Assembly (NCBI GenBank): GCA_034668705.1
Contig: JAXDOV010000220.1
Location: 478-64,477 of the forward strand
Source: Sphingomonadales bacterium
GTDB lineage: Bacteria; Pseudomonadota; Alphaproteobacteria; Sphingomonadales; Sphingomonadaceae
DNA length: 64,000 nucleotides
Direction of reading: 5' to 3'
The notes below the pieces were generated by a model. That model saw nothing but the letters and a program-made list of their open reading frames with translations, was not told the DNA's origin and did no database searches. Below, in pieces: positions 43,068 to 52,870 of this stretch (the stretch's first letter is position 1; every line of letters starts with the position of its first letter). The translations under genes and the position numbers were made by a program.

Positions 43068-44219
43068 TCAACGGAAATTCCCGGCGCCGGCCGGGCGGAA
43101 GGCGAGGCACCGCGCCGCGAGCGACTGGAAGAATGTGGCGAGGAAACGCTCGATCGCGCCGAAGCCTTTCCTGTCCTGGGCCTTGAGCAGCGCCGCCGCC
43201 GCCGCCCAGCAGGCGATGACGAGGGCGGCATCGGCGAAGGGTGCGACGCCGGTCAGATGGTCCTCCGCGAAAGCCGCGATCTTCCAGTAGAGCACGATGA
43301 TTAGGATGCCGGCGAACAGGCCCAGGCCCGTCGTCGACCGTTTCGGCGGCACGCCGAGCGCGAAGCCGAGCATCGGCAGGCAAAGGCAAAGCCCTCCCGC
43401 CGCGATTCGTCCCGCGGCCGATGCCAAGGCGCGCTCGCGCGAGAATTCGGCGGCGCCGATCGTCCCGAGCTGCGCGAAGGTCAGCCGATCGAGCCGGTTG
43501 CGCGGCGAATCGTTCTCGGCAGGGACTCTGATCTGAAGCGGCACGGTGACGGAGAGCGTCTCGAACTGGACCCGGCGGGGGCCGCCGCTCGTGCGCCAGA
43601 TCGCGATCCCGTTGCGGAGCCCGAGGATGAGGCGATCGTCGCGGGTGCGGATGAGGCTGGCCGAGCCGGCCAGCATGGTGACCGATTTCTGTTCGATGAC
43701 GACGTCGGTCAGCGTGTTCGATTCGGGGCGCAGATGATCGAAATAGAGCTGGGTATGGGGCGGCAGGACGTTGGCGATGCGCGGCTTGAGCGGGATTCCG
43801 AACAGCCCCTGAGCGACGGAATAGCCGATCCGGTCCAGCTTTTCCTCGCCGACCGGCTGGACATAGCCCCGAAGGCCGATCAGCAGGGCGCAGGTGAGGA
43901 GACCGAAGGCGGCCGGCACGAGCAGGATGCGGCGCGTCCCGAGGCCGCTGGCGGCGAGGATGTCGAGCTCCCCGCTCAAGGCCAGACGCCGGAAGGCGAG
44001 GCCGGAGGCCAGGAACAGGGCGATCGGCAGCGCCACCGCGACATATTCGGGAATGAGATAGAAAAAGGCGCGCGCCACCAGCAAGGGCGTCTCGTTGATG
44101 CCGCTCAGGCGCCTGAGAACGACCGGAAAATTCTCGAGGCAGAGGATGACGACGACGATCGCGACGATCGCCGCATAGCGAATGGCGACGAGCTGCGAAA
44201 TGTAGCGGTGGATGATCAG
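43068..44219 (-). CDS. LptF/LptG (YjgP/YjgQ) family permease, solitary
   Basis: Distal 384 codons of ORF 43068..45221, beginning LIIHRYISQLVAIRY (typical LptF/G N-terminus). Six TM segments and a central periplasmic domain. No ATG/GTG is available; the only candidate initiator is CTG 44219-44217, overlapping the upstream stop. Confidence 0.65.
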   Translation of the reverse strand: MIIHRYISQLVAIRYAAIVAIVVVILCLENFPVVLRRLSGINETPLLVARAFFYLIPEYVAVALPIALFLASGLAFRRLALSGELDILAASGLGTRRILLVPAAFGLLTCALLIGLRGYVQPVGEEKLDRIGYSVAQGLFGIPLKPRIANVLPPHTQLYFDHLRPESNTLTDVVIEQKSVTMLAGSASLIRTRDDRLILGLRNGIAIWRTSGGPRRVQFETLSVTVPLQIRVPAENDSPRNRLDRLTFAQLGTIGAAEFSRERALASAAGRIAAGGLCLCLPMLGFALGVPPKRSTTGLGLFAGILIIVLYWKIAAFAEDHLTGVAPFADAALVIACWAAAAALLKAQDRKGFGAIERFLATFFQSLAARCLAFRPAGAGNFR

Positions 44220-45388
44220 GCCGCCCTCGTCCGATAGCCTGCGAGCTGTTCGTAGGAAGCGAAAAGGTCGCGGAAATGATCGCCCATCGTCCTTGCGCGG
44301 CCCGTCGCCCCGGCGCGGATCGCCGCGCGGGGCCTCGGGTGCCGGATGAAGTCCCCGATCGCGCGCGCCGCGTCGGCCGGATCGCCGGCGGCGAATAGCA
44401 GGCCGCCGCTCGCTTCGGCATGATCCGCCGCGCCGCCGCGGTCCGGGGCGATCAGCGGCAGGCCGGATGCCCTCGCCTCCGCGGCGACCATCGAGAAGGT
44501 CTCGGCATCGCAGCCGTGGATCAGGGCGTCGGCGCTGGCGAGGAGGCGGGCGAGGGCGCGCCGGTCCGAAATCGGCGCGACCAGCTGGATATGAGGGTTC
44601 GAGCCGATCTCCCGCTCGAGCCTGGCGCGGTCGCGCCCGTCGCCGACCAGGACCAGGCCGAGCAGATCCCGGGCGCCCGCCGCCGCCGCGGCGCGGATGA
44701 CCATCGGCCATCTCTTCTCCGGCGAATGACGGCCGACGCCGAGCAGCAAGGTGGCGTTGCCGGGCAATCCGCACCGCGCGAGCAGCCGCCTGCGCAGGCC
44801 CTCGTCGCGCAGCCCGGGGGTAAAGACCGAGTCTTCGATGCCCATCGGATTGGTGACGACATTCTTCATGCCGTGGGCGGACAGGCGGCGGGAAAGGCTT
44901 GCGCTCGCGCTGACCACCGCGTCGAAGCCGGCGGAGGTTTCCCGGAAATAGGTCCAGGCGGCATTCAGGCCGCGGTCGATCGTCTCGACCCGGGCGACCG
45001 GGCTCAACAGGCGATAGCCGAAGGCGGCGATCGGATCGGCGTGCATGATCAGCGCGCGCGGGGCGGCGCCCTTCCATTCCCGGACGATCTGGGCGGTGCG
45101 GAACGGCGACGAGGCCTCGACGAAATCGGGCTGCTCGCGGTCGAGCAGGCGGTGGACCGCGTGGTGGCGGGGGAAATAGCGGTAGCGGCGGTCGACCAGC
45201 AATTGCGGCGAGGCCAGCCACTCGATGCGGGCGGCGGCGCCGCGCCGCTCGGTGCGGGTGCGATCTCCGGGCGCGACGATGACGATCTCATGCCCCAGAG
45301 CGGGGCCCAGCAGCAGCTTCTGCTCGATATAGGTCCGCACGCCCCCGCCCGCGGGCGCATAGAAAGCGGCGATGTCGACGATCTTCAC
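44216..45388 (-). CDS. Glycosyltransferase, GT4 (Glycos_transf_1) family
   Basis: 390-aa ORF with a GT-B C-domain: LLLGVGRHSPEKR...AETFSMVAAEARASGLPLIAPDRGG. Confidence 0.8.
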   Translation of the reverse strand: MKIVDIAAFYAPAGGGVRTYIEQKLLLGPALGHEIVIVAPGDRTRTERRGAAARIEWLASPQLLVDRRYRYFPRHHAVHRLLDREQPDFVEASSPFRTAQIVREWKGAAPRALIMHADPIAAFGYRLLSPVARVETIDRGLNAAWTYFRETSAGFDAVVSASASLSRRLSAHGMKNVVTNPMGIEDSVFTPGLRDEGLRRRLLARCGLPGNATLLLGVGRHSPEKRWPMVIRAAAAAGARDLLGLVLVGDGRDRARLEREIGSNPHIQLVAPISDRRALARLLASADALIHGCDAETFSMVAAEARASGLPLIAPDRGGAADHAEASGGLLFAAGDPADAARAIGDFIRHPRPRAAIRAGATGRARTMGDHFRDLFASYEQLAGYRTRAA

Positions 45389-45891
45389 TGGGACAGAGGG
45401 GCGAAACGGAACGGCCCCCGCCGGTAATTGAGCAGGATCCCCGTCGGAGTCAGGCCGGGCCCGGCATTGAACCGCGCCGACGCCGCCTTCGGCTTGGACC
45501 AGCCCAGCTTCGGATTGCCGGTGAAGCCGATGCCGTCGCTCGACAGGCTGAACCGGCGGTCGGCGTTGCGGTCGTGCAGCAGCGACAGGCTATAGGCTCC
45601 GGCCGCGGGGACGCGGATGCAGAGCCTGACCGGCCCGGTCGGCGGGATCCTCTGCTCCACCCGCCGGAAGGCCTTGCCCGCCATGATCAGGATATTGTCG
45701 TCGGCGAGGAAGTCCGCATCGTTCGACGGATAGACTTCGAGCTTCAAGAGGCCCGTCCGGTCCTTGAGGCCGAGCACCTCCACGACGATCGCCGGTCCGC
45801 GTTCGTCCGGGCGGCAACGGCCCTCGGCGATGCCGAGGGTCGGGCTCGACGGGATGAACGGCGCGGCCGCCGCCAGCAGCGCGAGGATCAT
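45385..45891 (-). CDS. DUF2141-like secreted protein
   Basis: Frame of ORF 45385..46362 trimmed to MILALLAAAAPFIPS. 4-nt overlaps on both sides. Confidence 0.6.
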   Translation of the reverse strand: MILALLAAAAPFIPSSPTLGIAEGRCRPDERGPAIVVEVLGLKDRTGLLKLEVYPSNDADFLADDNILIMAGKAFRRVEQRIPPTGPVRLCIRVPAAGAYSLSLLHDRNADRRFSLSSDGIGFTGNPKLGWSKPKAASARFNAGPGLTPTGILLNYRRGPFRFAPLSQ

Positions 45892-46835
45892 CGTGCCCCT
45901 CCCCGGGCGATGCCGTCCGGCACGGCGGCGAGCAGCAGGGCGACGCCGAGATGCGCGCCCAGCACGAGCACGGCCATCATCGCCAGCAGGTCCGCCAAGG
46001 CGGTCTGGCGGCCGACCAGGACGAAGGCGATGCCGGCGAAGACGAGGTCCTTGTTGGTGACGAGCGGCAGCCGGCCGACCAGCAGGTGCAAGGCCGCGAG
46101 GACCACCCACCAGCGCATGCCGACGCCGGGGAGGACCAGGTGCCACATCAAAGCGGTCAGCAGGGTCGTCGCGAGCAGGCGGCCGGCATGGACGAAGGCG
46201 ATGAAGTTGCGGTCGGCGACGGGCAGGCTGAACACGCGGCGCTGCAGGGGCAGCACGGCCAGCGAGCAGACCAGCAGCACGGCCGCGCCGGCATAGAGAT
46301 CGTGGCCGTAGCCGCCGAGAGCGAGCCGGCCGACAAAGGGATAAGCGAGGGCGGCGAGGCAAAGCGTGAAGATATTGCCGACGAGGGCGGAGAGGATCGC
46401 CACGTCCTTGATCGCGCCGAACGGCGCCGCGACCATCGCCGAATTCCGGCGCGACCAGGCGTAGAAATAGACCTCGCCGCTATAGCCGAAGAGGATCTCG
46501 TTGCTGACCATCTTGCGCAGCAGCGGCAGCAGCCCGCCGGCCGGGATCCGCCACAGGCGCCGATAGATCAGCCAGTCGCCGAGCGGCAAAGCGAGATAGC
46601 AAAGGATGAAAATCCCCCAGAAGACGGGGGTCCTGGGGACCATGGTCTGGATGTCGGCGAGGTGAAGCCGCCGGATATTGGCGAGCACGGCGACGATCAT
46701 CGCCGCCGTGAAGGCCGGCCCTATCCAGCGCAACAGGCTCCGGCGGGCCGCGGGGAGCGGCTCGGGATCCGGAACGGACGACAATGGATGCTGGGGAGCG
46801 GCGGCTCCGCCGGTATCGTAGCTGGGCTGAAACAC
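45888..46835 (-). CDS. Polytopic membrane protein, possibly UPF0104/lysyl-PG-synthase-TM (HpnL-like) family
   Basis: 315-aa ORF with ~8 hydrophobic segments. Family assignment from recall only. Confidence 0.55.
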   Translation of the reverse strand: MFQPSYDTGGAAAPQHPLSSVPDPEPLPAARRSLLRWIGPAFTAAMIVAVLANIRRLHLADIQTMVPRTPVFWGIFILCYLALPLGDWLIYRRLWRIPAGGLLPLLRKMVSNEILFGYSGEVYFYAWSRRNSAMVAAPFGAIKDVAILSALVGNIFTLCLAALAYPFVGRLALGGYGHDLYAGAAVLLVCSLAVLPLQRRVFSLPVADRNFIAFVHAGRLLATTLLTALMWHLVLPGVGMRWWVVLAALHLLVGRLPLVTNKDLVFAGIAFVLVGRQTALADLLAMMAVLVLGAHLGVALLLAAVPDGIARGGAR

Positions 46836-46959
46836 GCGTGCTTAATTTCCAGATTGGCATTCCCACAAAGGACGCCGCCGGCCCACCATCTCCGCATCAG
46901 ATTGCATGGCTGCCGACGCTCGACCCCCCCGGATCGTGGACGCGGGCCCCTTGCCACGG

Positions 46960-48141
46960 CTACGGCGCTTTCGCAAGCGCATGCGCCGATCCGCCCTCCC
47001 CGTGCTGGGCGATGGTCCTGACATAGGCTTTGGCCAGGGATGCGTTGACCTCGTCCCAGCCGTAGCGCCGGCTCGCCTGCCAGCCGGCCCGCCCCGCTTC
47101 GCGGCGGGCGGCCTCGTCCCCGCAATAGAAGGCGAGCGCTTCGGCGAAGGCCTCGATGGCCTGGGGAGGGACGAGGCGTCCGGTCCTCCCGTCGGCGACC
47201 AGGCTTTCGCTGCCGGTGGCGATCGCCGCCACCACCGGCAGGCCCGCCGCCATCGCCTCGAGAGTGACGTTGCCGAACGTCTCGGTCACCGACGGGTTGA
47301 ACAGCATGTCCAGCGAGGCCACGGCCCGGCCGAGCTCCCGCCCCTGCCGGAAGCCGGTGAAGACCGCGTCGGGCAGCTTCGCCTCCAGCCAGGCGCGGGC
47401 CGGGCCATCGCCGACCACGAGCACGCGGTGCCGGACGTTGCGGGCGGCGAGGCATTTGATCGAGTCGGCGAAGACGTCGAGCGCCTTTTCCATGACCAGC
47501 CGGCCGACGAAGCCGATCACCGGCTCGTCGTCGGCGATGCCGAGGCTGCGCCGCCAGGCGAGATCGCGGCGGCCGGGATTGAAGATCTCGTCGTCGATGC
47601 CGCGGGTCCAGATCCCGACATTGTGGTTCATCCGCTGCTGCCGAAGCAGCCGGGCCATCGAGCCGGAAGGCGCGAAGATCGCGTCGCAACGCCGGTAGAA
47701 GCGCCGCAACCCCGCCACCACGAGCGGCTCCAGGAAGCCCAGGCCGTAATAGCGCGGATAGGTTTCGAAACGGGTATGGACGGAGGCGACCACCGGCAGA
47801 TCGAGCCGCCGGGCCAGGCTGACCGCCCGGTGGCCGACAATGTCCGGGCTGGCGACGTGGATGATGTTGGGCGCGAAGCGGCCAAGGTCCCGCCGCGCCC
47901 GCGCCGGGAGCATCACCGGGACCCGATATTCCGACCGGCCCGGCACCGTCACGCTGGGAATGTGGACGACCTCGCCGTTGCGCGGAAAGGCGGGTTCCTC
48001 GACCGTCGGCGAATAGATCCTGACCGCAGCCCCCTGCCGCAGCAGATAGCCGACCAGCCGCTGCAGCGACTGCGCCGCGCCGTCCCGCGTATAGTCGTAA
48101 TTGCCGCTGAACAGGGCCACCCGAAGCGCGTCGACGTTCAT
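46960..48141 (-). CDS. Glycosyltransferase, GT4 family (SqdX/SQD2-like)
   Basis: ORF 46960..48420 trimmed to MNVDALRVALFSGNYDYTRDG. C-domain FVGRLVMEKALD...TETFGNVTLEAMAAGLPVV. Confidence 0.8.
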   Translation of the reverse strand: MNVDALRVALFSGNYDYTRDGAAQSLQRLVGYLLRQGAAVRIYSPTVEEPAFPRNGEVVHIPSVTVPGRSEYRVPVMLPARARRDLGRFAPNIIHVASPDIVGHRAVSLARRLDLPVVASVHTRFETYPRYYGLGFLEPLVVAGLRRFYRRCDAIFAPSGSMARLLRQQRMNHNVGIWTRGIDDEIFNPGRRDLAWRRSLGIADDEPVIGFVGRLVMEKALDVFADSIKCLAARNVRHRVLVVGDGPARAWLEAKLPDAVFTGFRQGRELGRAVASLDMLFNPSVTETFGNVTLEAMAAGLPVVAAIATGSESLVADGRTGRLVPPQAIEAFAEALAFYCGDEAARREAGRAGWQASRRYGWDEVNASLAKAYVRTIAQHGEGGSAHALAKAP

Positions 48142-48917
48142 CGGCCGGCCGACGCCCCGTCGAGCGCGGCGGCGAGATCGCCGTACCGGCCGCATCGTCT
48201 CCCCGCGAGCGACGTCCGCACGGTCCGGTCGATGCTCTCGAGCAAAGCCGGCGACCCCTGGTCGCCGGGGTGGAGGGCGATGCGGAGGGTCGGCAGCCGC
48301 TTCAATGCGTGGCGGGCCAAAGCGGCGAAGGCGAGCGAGGAGGCCAGGCGAAAGCGGCTGCGGCTCGCCCAGCCGATCACCGGGCCGCGGGCGAGGATGC
48401 GTCCGTCCGACGGCCGCCACACGCGGAGATGGTCTTCCGCCACCTCGAACCCCTCGTCGGCGAGAGCCTCGCGGGCGCCGTCGCCGTAGAGCCAGGCCGG
48501 CGCCACGAAGCCGGTCACCGGGCGGCCCAAGGCGTCCTCCAGGGCGGCGCGGCCCTCGCGCAGGCGCTGCGTCGCCTCCTCGCGCGACAGGGCCAGGAAC
48601 TCGCCCTCGCGCGCGGTCATGTAATTGGCCTTGAGCCGGGCCAGGCCTTTATGCCCGGTCGATTCGTCGCGGTGGCTCCAGCCGTGGAGCAGCATCTCGA
48701 CTCCGTCCTGCGACCATCGGCGCAGCTTGCGCTGGAAGCCCGGCGACCGGGCCAGCGGCGCCTTCCGCCAGAAATCGGGAACGACGAGCATGGTGAAACG
48801 GGCGCCGCCGAGCAAATCGGTCAGGCGCTCTGAGAGCCGGTCGACTCTGTCCTCGAAAGCCGGCGAGACGTCGTGAATCGAGACGAGGAGGCGCCGCGAC
48901 CGGTTAGAAATTTGCAT
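48138..48917 (-). CDS. DUF2334-like predicted polysaccharide deacetylase
   Basis: 259-aa ORF: LLVSIHDVSPAF, LHGWSHRD. Confidence 0.6.
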   Translation of the reverse strand: MQISNRSRRLLVSIHDVSPAFEDRVDRLSERLTDLLGGARFTMLVVPDFWRKAPLARSPGFQRKLRRWSQDGVEMLLHGWSHRDESTGHKGLARLKANYMTAREGEFLALSREEATQRLREGRAALEDALGRPVTGFVAPAWLYGDGAREALADEGFEVAEDHLRVWRPSDGRILARGPVIGWASRSRFRLASSLAFAALARHALKRLPTLRIALHPGDQGSPALLESIDRTVRTSLAGRRCGRYGDLAAALDGASAGR

Positions 48918-51285
48918 CGAGGGCGATCCTGATGGTGCGCGGCGTCACCGGCGTGATCTGCCTGCGCTGGAAGACGGTGAAAGGGTTGCCGTAGGAGAAG
49001 CGGTTGCCGACGACGTTGCCCAGATTGCTGATGTCGAGCGAGACGCCGAAGCGTCCCAGATCGAGATGCCCCCCCAGGGCCGCCTCCATATACTTGCCCT
49101 GCGGGATGTCCAGTGGCGGCCCGATGCCGAGTTGCGAGCGCCCGACATAGCGAAGCGAACCGTCCACCGTCAGGCGGGCGCCGCGGCCGATACGCGTCTC
49201 GTAGCGGGCCGCGGCCCGCGCGCCGGCTTCGGCGATGTTGGGCAGGCTTCTCTCGTCGGCGGCCAGGAAGTCCGGCGCGGGATGGCTGAGCGCGCTGTCG
49301 GCGAGAAAGGCCGCCGCCTCGATCCGAAGCGAGTCCAGCGGACGCCACATGGCGCGGGCCTCGGCCCCATAGATCCGTCCCCGGCCGATATTGGTGGTGT
49401 ATGGAAGGCCGCGCCGGTCGATCAGATCGGCCTGGATGTCGCTCCACCGTGTCGCCGACAGCACCAGGTCCATGGCCAGCGCGTCGCCCTCCCGGCCGGC
49501 GCGGAACCCCAGTTCCGCGCTGTCCAGCTCGTCGGAGCTGTACCGCTGGGCGGCGGTCGAGACGCCGCTGGCGGCGATGGCAAGCCCGCCGGCCCGGAAC
49601 CCGCCCTCGTAGCGCATGTAGACGAGCAGCGCCGGATCGGCCCGCCAGCTGAGCGCGAAGCTCGGCGTCGCCCGCCCATCCGTCCTGCTATGCTCGCTCC
49701 CGTCCCGCTTGCGGGAGTTGAGCGGGTTGCCGATGCTCTGCGATACGGTCAGCCGGCCGCCGATGCTGGCGATGAGTCCGGATCCGAGGTCGAAGCCGAC
49801 CCGGCCATAGACCGCGGCCTCGTTGACGACGTTCCGCACGCCGGTGATCGGCACCATCGCCTCCGGCGGGCCGATGTTGCGCTCGATCCGGCTCCAGTCG
49901 TGGATGAGGCTCCAGCCGACCACCCAGCCCTTGCCGTTCCGCGAGATTCGCGACAGACGAGTCTCGTTCGACAGCAGGCTGATCCGCACGTCTTCGGTGT
50001 AAAGCCTGAGCCGCTGCGTTCCGCCCGATCCGGTGGCGTCGAACTGGCTGTTGAGCGCGTGGCTGACGAGGCCGGTCGACGAGACCAGCTCCAACGGCCC
50101 CCATCGGCGCCGGACCGTCAACTCGCCGAGCAGATAATCATTGTCGAAGGGCTGCGGAAAATGGGTGCTGTGGGTCAGCGGGGGCAGGCCCCGCTCCGCA
50201 TATTGGCCGTCCTGCCCGGAGATGAACTGGACGACGCCGCCAAGCTCGATCTGCCAGTCGCCCGGCGTGTAGAGCAAGGTCGCCCGGCCGCCGTCGATGG
50301 TCGTGCGGTTGACGTCTTTCGCTCCCCTGCCGAGGTCGTCGATATAGCCCGGCTGCAGCACATGGTAGCCGACCGCCCGCAGGGTGAGCCGGCCCGGCTG
50401 GAGCGGCGCGTTGACGACCGCCGCCAGATCCTCGCCGACATCGCCGTCCTGCATCGCGGCGAGGCCGGCCGAAATCTCGCCATGCCATGCGGACGGATCC
50501 GGCGGGTTGGGAACGACACGAAGGATGCCGCCCAGCGAGCCGGAGCCGTAGAGCGTCCCCTGGGGGCCTTCGAGCAGCTCCACCCGCCGCACGTCGTAGA
50601 GACGCAAATCGGGATCGGGCGCGTTGAAGGTGAGGCGCACGTCGCCGAGATACTGGCCGACGATCGACTGGCTCGGTCCGTTGAAGCTGCTGTCGGCGAC
50701 GCCGCGGATATAGAGCTTGTCGCGGCCCGGCCCGAGGCTGGTCGAGGCCAGCATCGGCAGGCGCGCCAGCGTCGCCTCGCTTCCCGCCGCGCCCATCCTC
50801 CTCGCCTCCTGCGGGGTCAGCTCGACGAGGCGGGCGGTGCCGGCGAGCTCGTCGAGGGCGATCCCCTGCTTGGTCGCGGTGACGACGATGTCCGCCAATG
50901 GCGACTGCGGCGCGGGCGCGGAAAGCTGCTGCGGCGGTGCCGGCGGGGCCCGGCGCGCCTCAGTCGGCGGCCGGGTCGGCGACCTGGGCGCGGGCTCGAT
51001 CCGCACCGCGGCCAGCCCGACGAACTCGAAGCGGAAGCCGCTGCCGGCGAGCAGACGATCGAGCGCCCTGCGCACCGGCATCCGGCCGCGCACAGGCCCG
51101 ACGCGGCGGCCGGCGAGACGCGGATCGTTGGCGACGATGGTCAGACGGGCCTGTTCGGCCAGTGCGACGAGCGCCGCGGTCAGCGGCCCGGCAGGAATGT
51201 CGAAGGAAACGGAATCGGCGGCCTCGACCGGCGTCGCGGCAAGACAGATCGTAAAGGCGCCGGCGAGCGCCCTACCTGCCCGCAC
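48904..51285 (-). CDS. TonB-dependent transducer (receptor with N-terminal STN signalling domain, FecA-like)
   Basis: ORF 48904..51372. GTG 51285 preferred, giving signal peptide RAGRALAGAFTICLAATPVEA. STN-like FDIPAGPLTAALVALAEQARL, plug DIVVTATKQG, C-terminal ...RIALDANF. Confidence 0.85.
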   Translation of the reverse strand: MRAGRALAGAFTICLAATPVEAADSVSFDIPAGPLTAALVALAEQARLTIVANDPRLAGRRVGPVRGRMPVRRALDRLLAGSGFRFEFVGLAAVRIEPAPRSPTRPPTEARRAPPAPPQQLSAPAPQSPLADIVVTATKQGIALDELAGTARLVELTPQEARRMGAAGSEATLARLPMLASTSLGPGRDKLYIRGVADSSFNGPSQSIVGQYLGDVRLTFNAPDPDLRLYDVRRVELLEGPQGTLYGSGSLGGILRVVPNPPDPSAWHGEISAGLAAMQDGDVGEDLAAVVNAPLQPGRLTLRAVGYHVLQPGYIDDLGRGAKDVNRTTIDGGRATLLYTPGDWQIELGGVVQFISGQDGQYAERGLPPLTHSTHFPQPFDNDYLLGELTVRRRWGPLELVSSTGLVSHALNSQFDATGSGGTQRLRLYTEDVRISLLSNETRLSRISRNGKGWVVGWSLIHDWSRIERNIGPPEAMVPITGVRNVVNEAAVYGRVGFDLGSGLIASIGGRLTVSQSIGNPLNSRKRDGSEHSRTDGRATPSFALSWRADPALLVYMRYEGGFRAGGLAIAASGVSTAAQRYSSDELDSAELGFRAGREGDALAMDLVLSATRWSDIQADLIDRRGLPYTTNIGRGRIYGAEARAMWRPLDSLRIEAAAFLADSALSHPAPDFLAADERSLPNIAEAGARAAARYETRIGRGARLTVDGSLRYVGRSQLGIGPPLDIPQGKYMEAALGGHLDLGRFGVSLDISNLGNVVGNRFSYGNPFTVFQRRQITPVTPRTIRIALDANF

Positions 51286-52237
51286 GCGGCGGGGGCTCGA
51301 ATATCCAGAAGCGGCCGGCGCGGCGAACGCTGAGGCTGAGCACCAGGGCCATACGATTGAGGGTTGCCGCATCGTCCTTGTCTACCCGAATCGAGCCAGT
51401 GAACGAAGTGGCTGCCAGGCGCGGGTCGAGACGAATGTCGGCGCCGGTGGTTCGCGCGAGGTCGCCCACCACCATGGCGAGGGAGGCGCCCTGATAGCTG
51501 AGCTGCCCTTTCCGCCATCCGCCGACATGGCGGGGATCGTTGCGGCCGAGCACGGCCCCGCCGCCGCCTTCGCTCCGCAGCGTCTGCCCGGCCGATAGCG
51601 GGATCGCCGGGCCCGCCGGATCGAACAGCACGGCGCCCTCACCCACTTCCAGGCGAAGCCGCCGATCCTCGCTGACGACGTTGAAGACGGTTCCCAGGTC
51701 GCGGAGTTTATGCCCGCCGGCGACGAGCTCGAACGGATGCGCCGGGTCGTGGCGGATCGTGAAGGTCGCCTCGCCCGCGGCCAGCTCGGCGTAACGGGCA
51801 TCGCGGCGATCGAGCACCAGGCGGCTGCTTCCGTTCAGCTCGACCGAGCCGCCGCCCGGCAGCTTCACGCTCTTCTGCTCGCCCGCGGCGGTCGCCACTT
51901 CATAGCGCGCGCTCGTCCCGCCGGTCCCCCACAAGCCGGCGAAGGCGAGGATGAGCGCAGCCGCCACGGCTCCGACGGGCGCGAACCAGCGGCGGCGCGT
52001 CCGGCCGTCCCGATCGGGAAGGGGGTCGGGATCGTTGGCGGCGGCCGCGGCGACCGGCGGCAGCGAAGCGGCGTCGAACCGAGCGTCCGCCGACGCGACG
52101 GCGTCATAGGCGGCGGATCTCGCCTCGCCCTGCTCCAGCCAGCGGACGAACGCCTCCCACTCCTCGGCGCCGCCGTCGCGAAGCCGAATCCGCCATGCGA
52201 TCGCCTCGCCGATCGTCTCTGTTTCAGATCGCATCAT
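51272..52237 (-). CDS. FecR-family anti-sigma factor/sensor
   Basis: ORF 51272..52285 trimmed to MMRSETETIGEAIAWRIRL. Single TM segment and a periplasmic FecR domain. Confidence 0.8.
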   Translation of the reverse strand: MMRSETETIGEAIAWRIRLRDGGAEEWEAFVRWLEQGEARSAAYDAVASADARFDAASLPPVAAAAANDPDPLPDRDGRTRRRWFAPVGAVAAALILAFAGLWGTGGTSARYEVATAAGEQKSVKLPGGGSVELNGSSRLVLDRRDARYAELAAGEATFTIRHDPAHPFELVAGGHKLRDLGTVFNVVSEDRRLRLEVGEGAVLFDPAGPAIPLSAGQTLRSEGGGGAVLGRNDPRHVGGWRKGQLSYQGASLAMVVGDLARTTGADIRLDPRLAATSFTGSIRVDKDDAATLNRMALVLSLSVRRAGRFWIFEPPPRAGR

Positions 52238-52835
52238 CACCCTGTCTCTCCGGGAGACGCCGCGGCGGCGAGGTTTCCGCATCAAGCGAGGCTTCGACGT
52301 CGACCAGCACGCGATAGGCCCGCTGCAGATGCTTCTCCACCGCGCTGACGCTGATCCCGAGCTCGCCGGCGATCTCCCGCTGGGGCAGGTCGTCGATGCG
52401 GAACCTTCGAAAGACCAGAAGAGTCCGCTCCGGCAGATGGGCCAGCCGGTCGGAAACGAGGCGCAGGCGCTCGCGGGCGATCAGCTCGCGTTCGGAGGAC
52501 GGTCTGTCGTCGGCGCCGTCCCCGGCGCCGTGCGACGCCTCCGTCCACTTGCCCTCGCGGGCGACCCGGCGGGCGGATGTCCGCCGGCTGTCGAGCAGGA
52601 GATTGTCGAGCATCCGGTAGAGATAGGCCCGCGGCTCGGCGACCGGGCCGGTGGCGCGCGCAGCCAGCTTGACGAACATGTCCTGCAGCAGGTCCTCCGC
52701 TTCCTCGGCGGCGACGCGGCGCGCGGCGAGGAACCGCAGCAGATCCGCGCGGATCGCCATGAACGAAGCGGTCAGGCCGCTGCTCTGGGACTGGGACTGA
52801 GGGATTCGTCGAGTCCTGCTGGAGGGCCGCGCCAT
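52224..52835 (-). CDS. ECF (sigma-70 family, FecI-like) sigma factor
   Basis: ORF 52224..52928 trimmed to ATG 52835. Region 2 AEDLLQDMFVKL, region 4 QREIAGELGISVSAVEKHLQRA. Confidence 0.85.
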   Translation of the reverse strand: MARPSSRTRRIPQSQSQSSGLTASFMAIRADLLRFLAARRVAAEEAEDLLQDMFVKLAARATGPVAEPRAYLYRMLDNLLLDSRRTSARRVAREGKWTEASHGAGDGADDRPSSERELIARERLRLVSDRLAHLPERTLLVFRRFRIDDLPQREIAGELGISVSAVEKHLQRAYRVLVDVEASLDAETSPPRRLPERQGDDAI

Positions 52836-52870
52836 CTTATTCGTCGCTGCCGGCGAGGACAATTGCCGGG

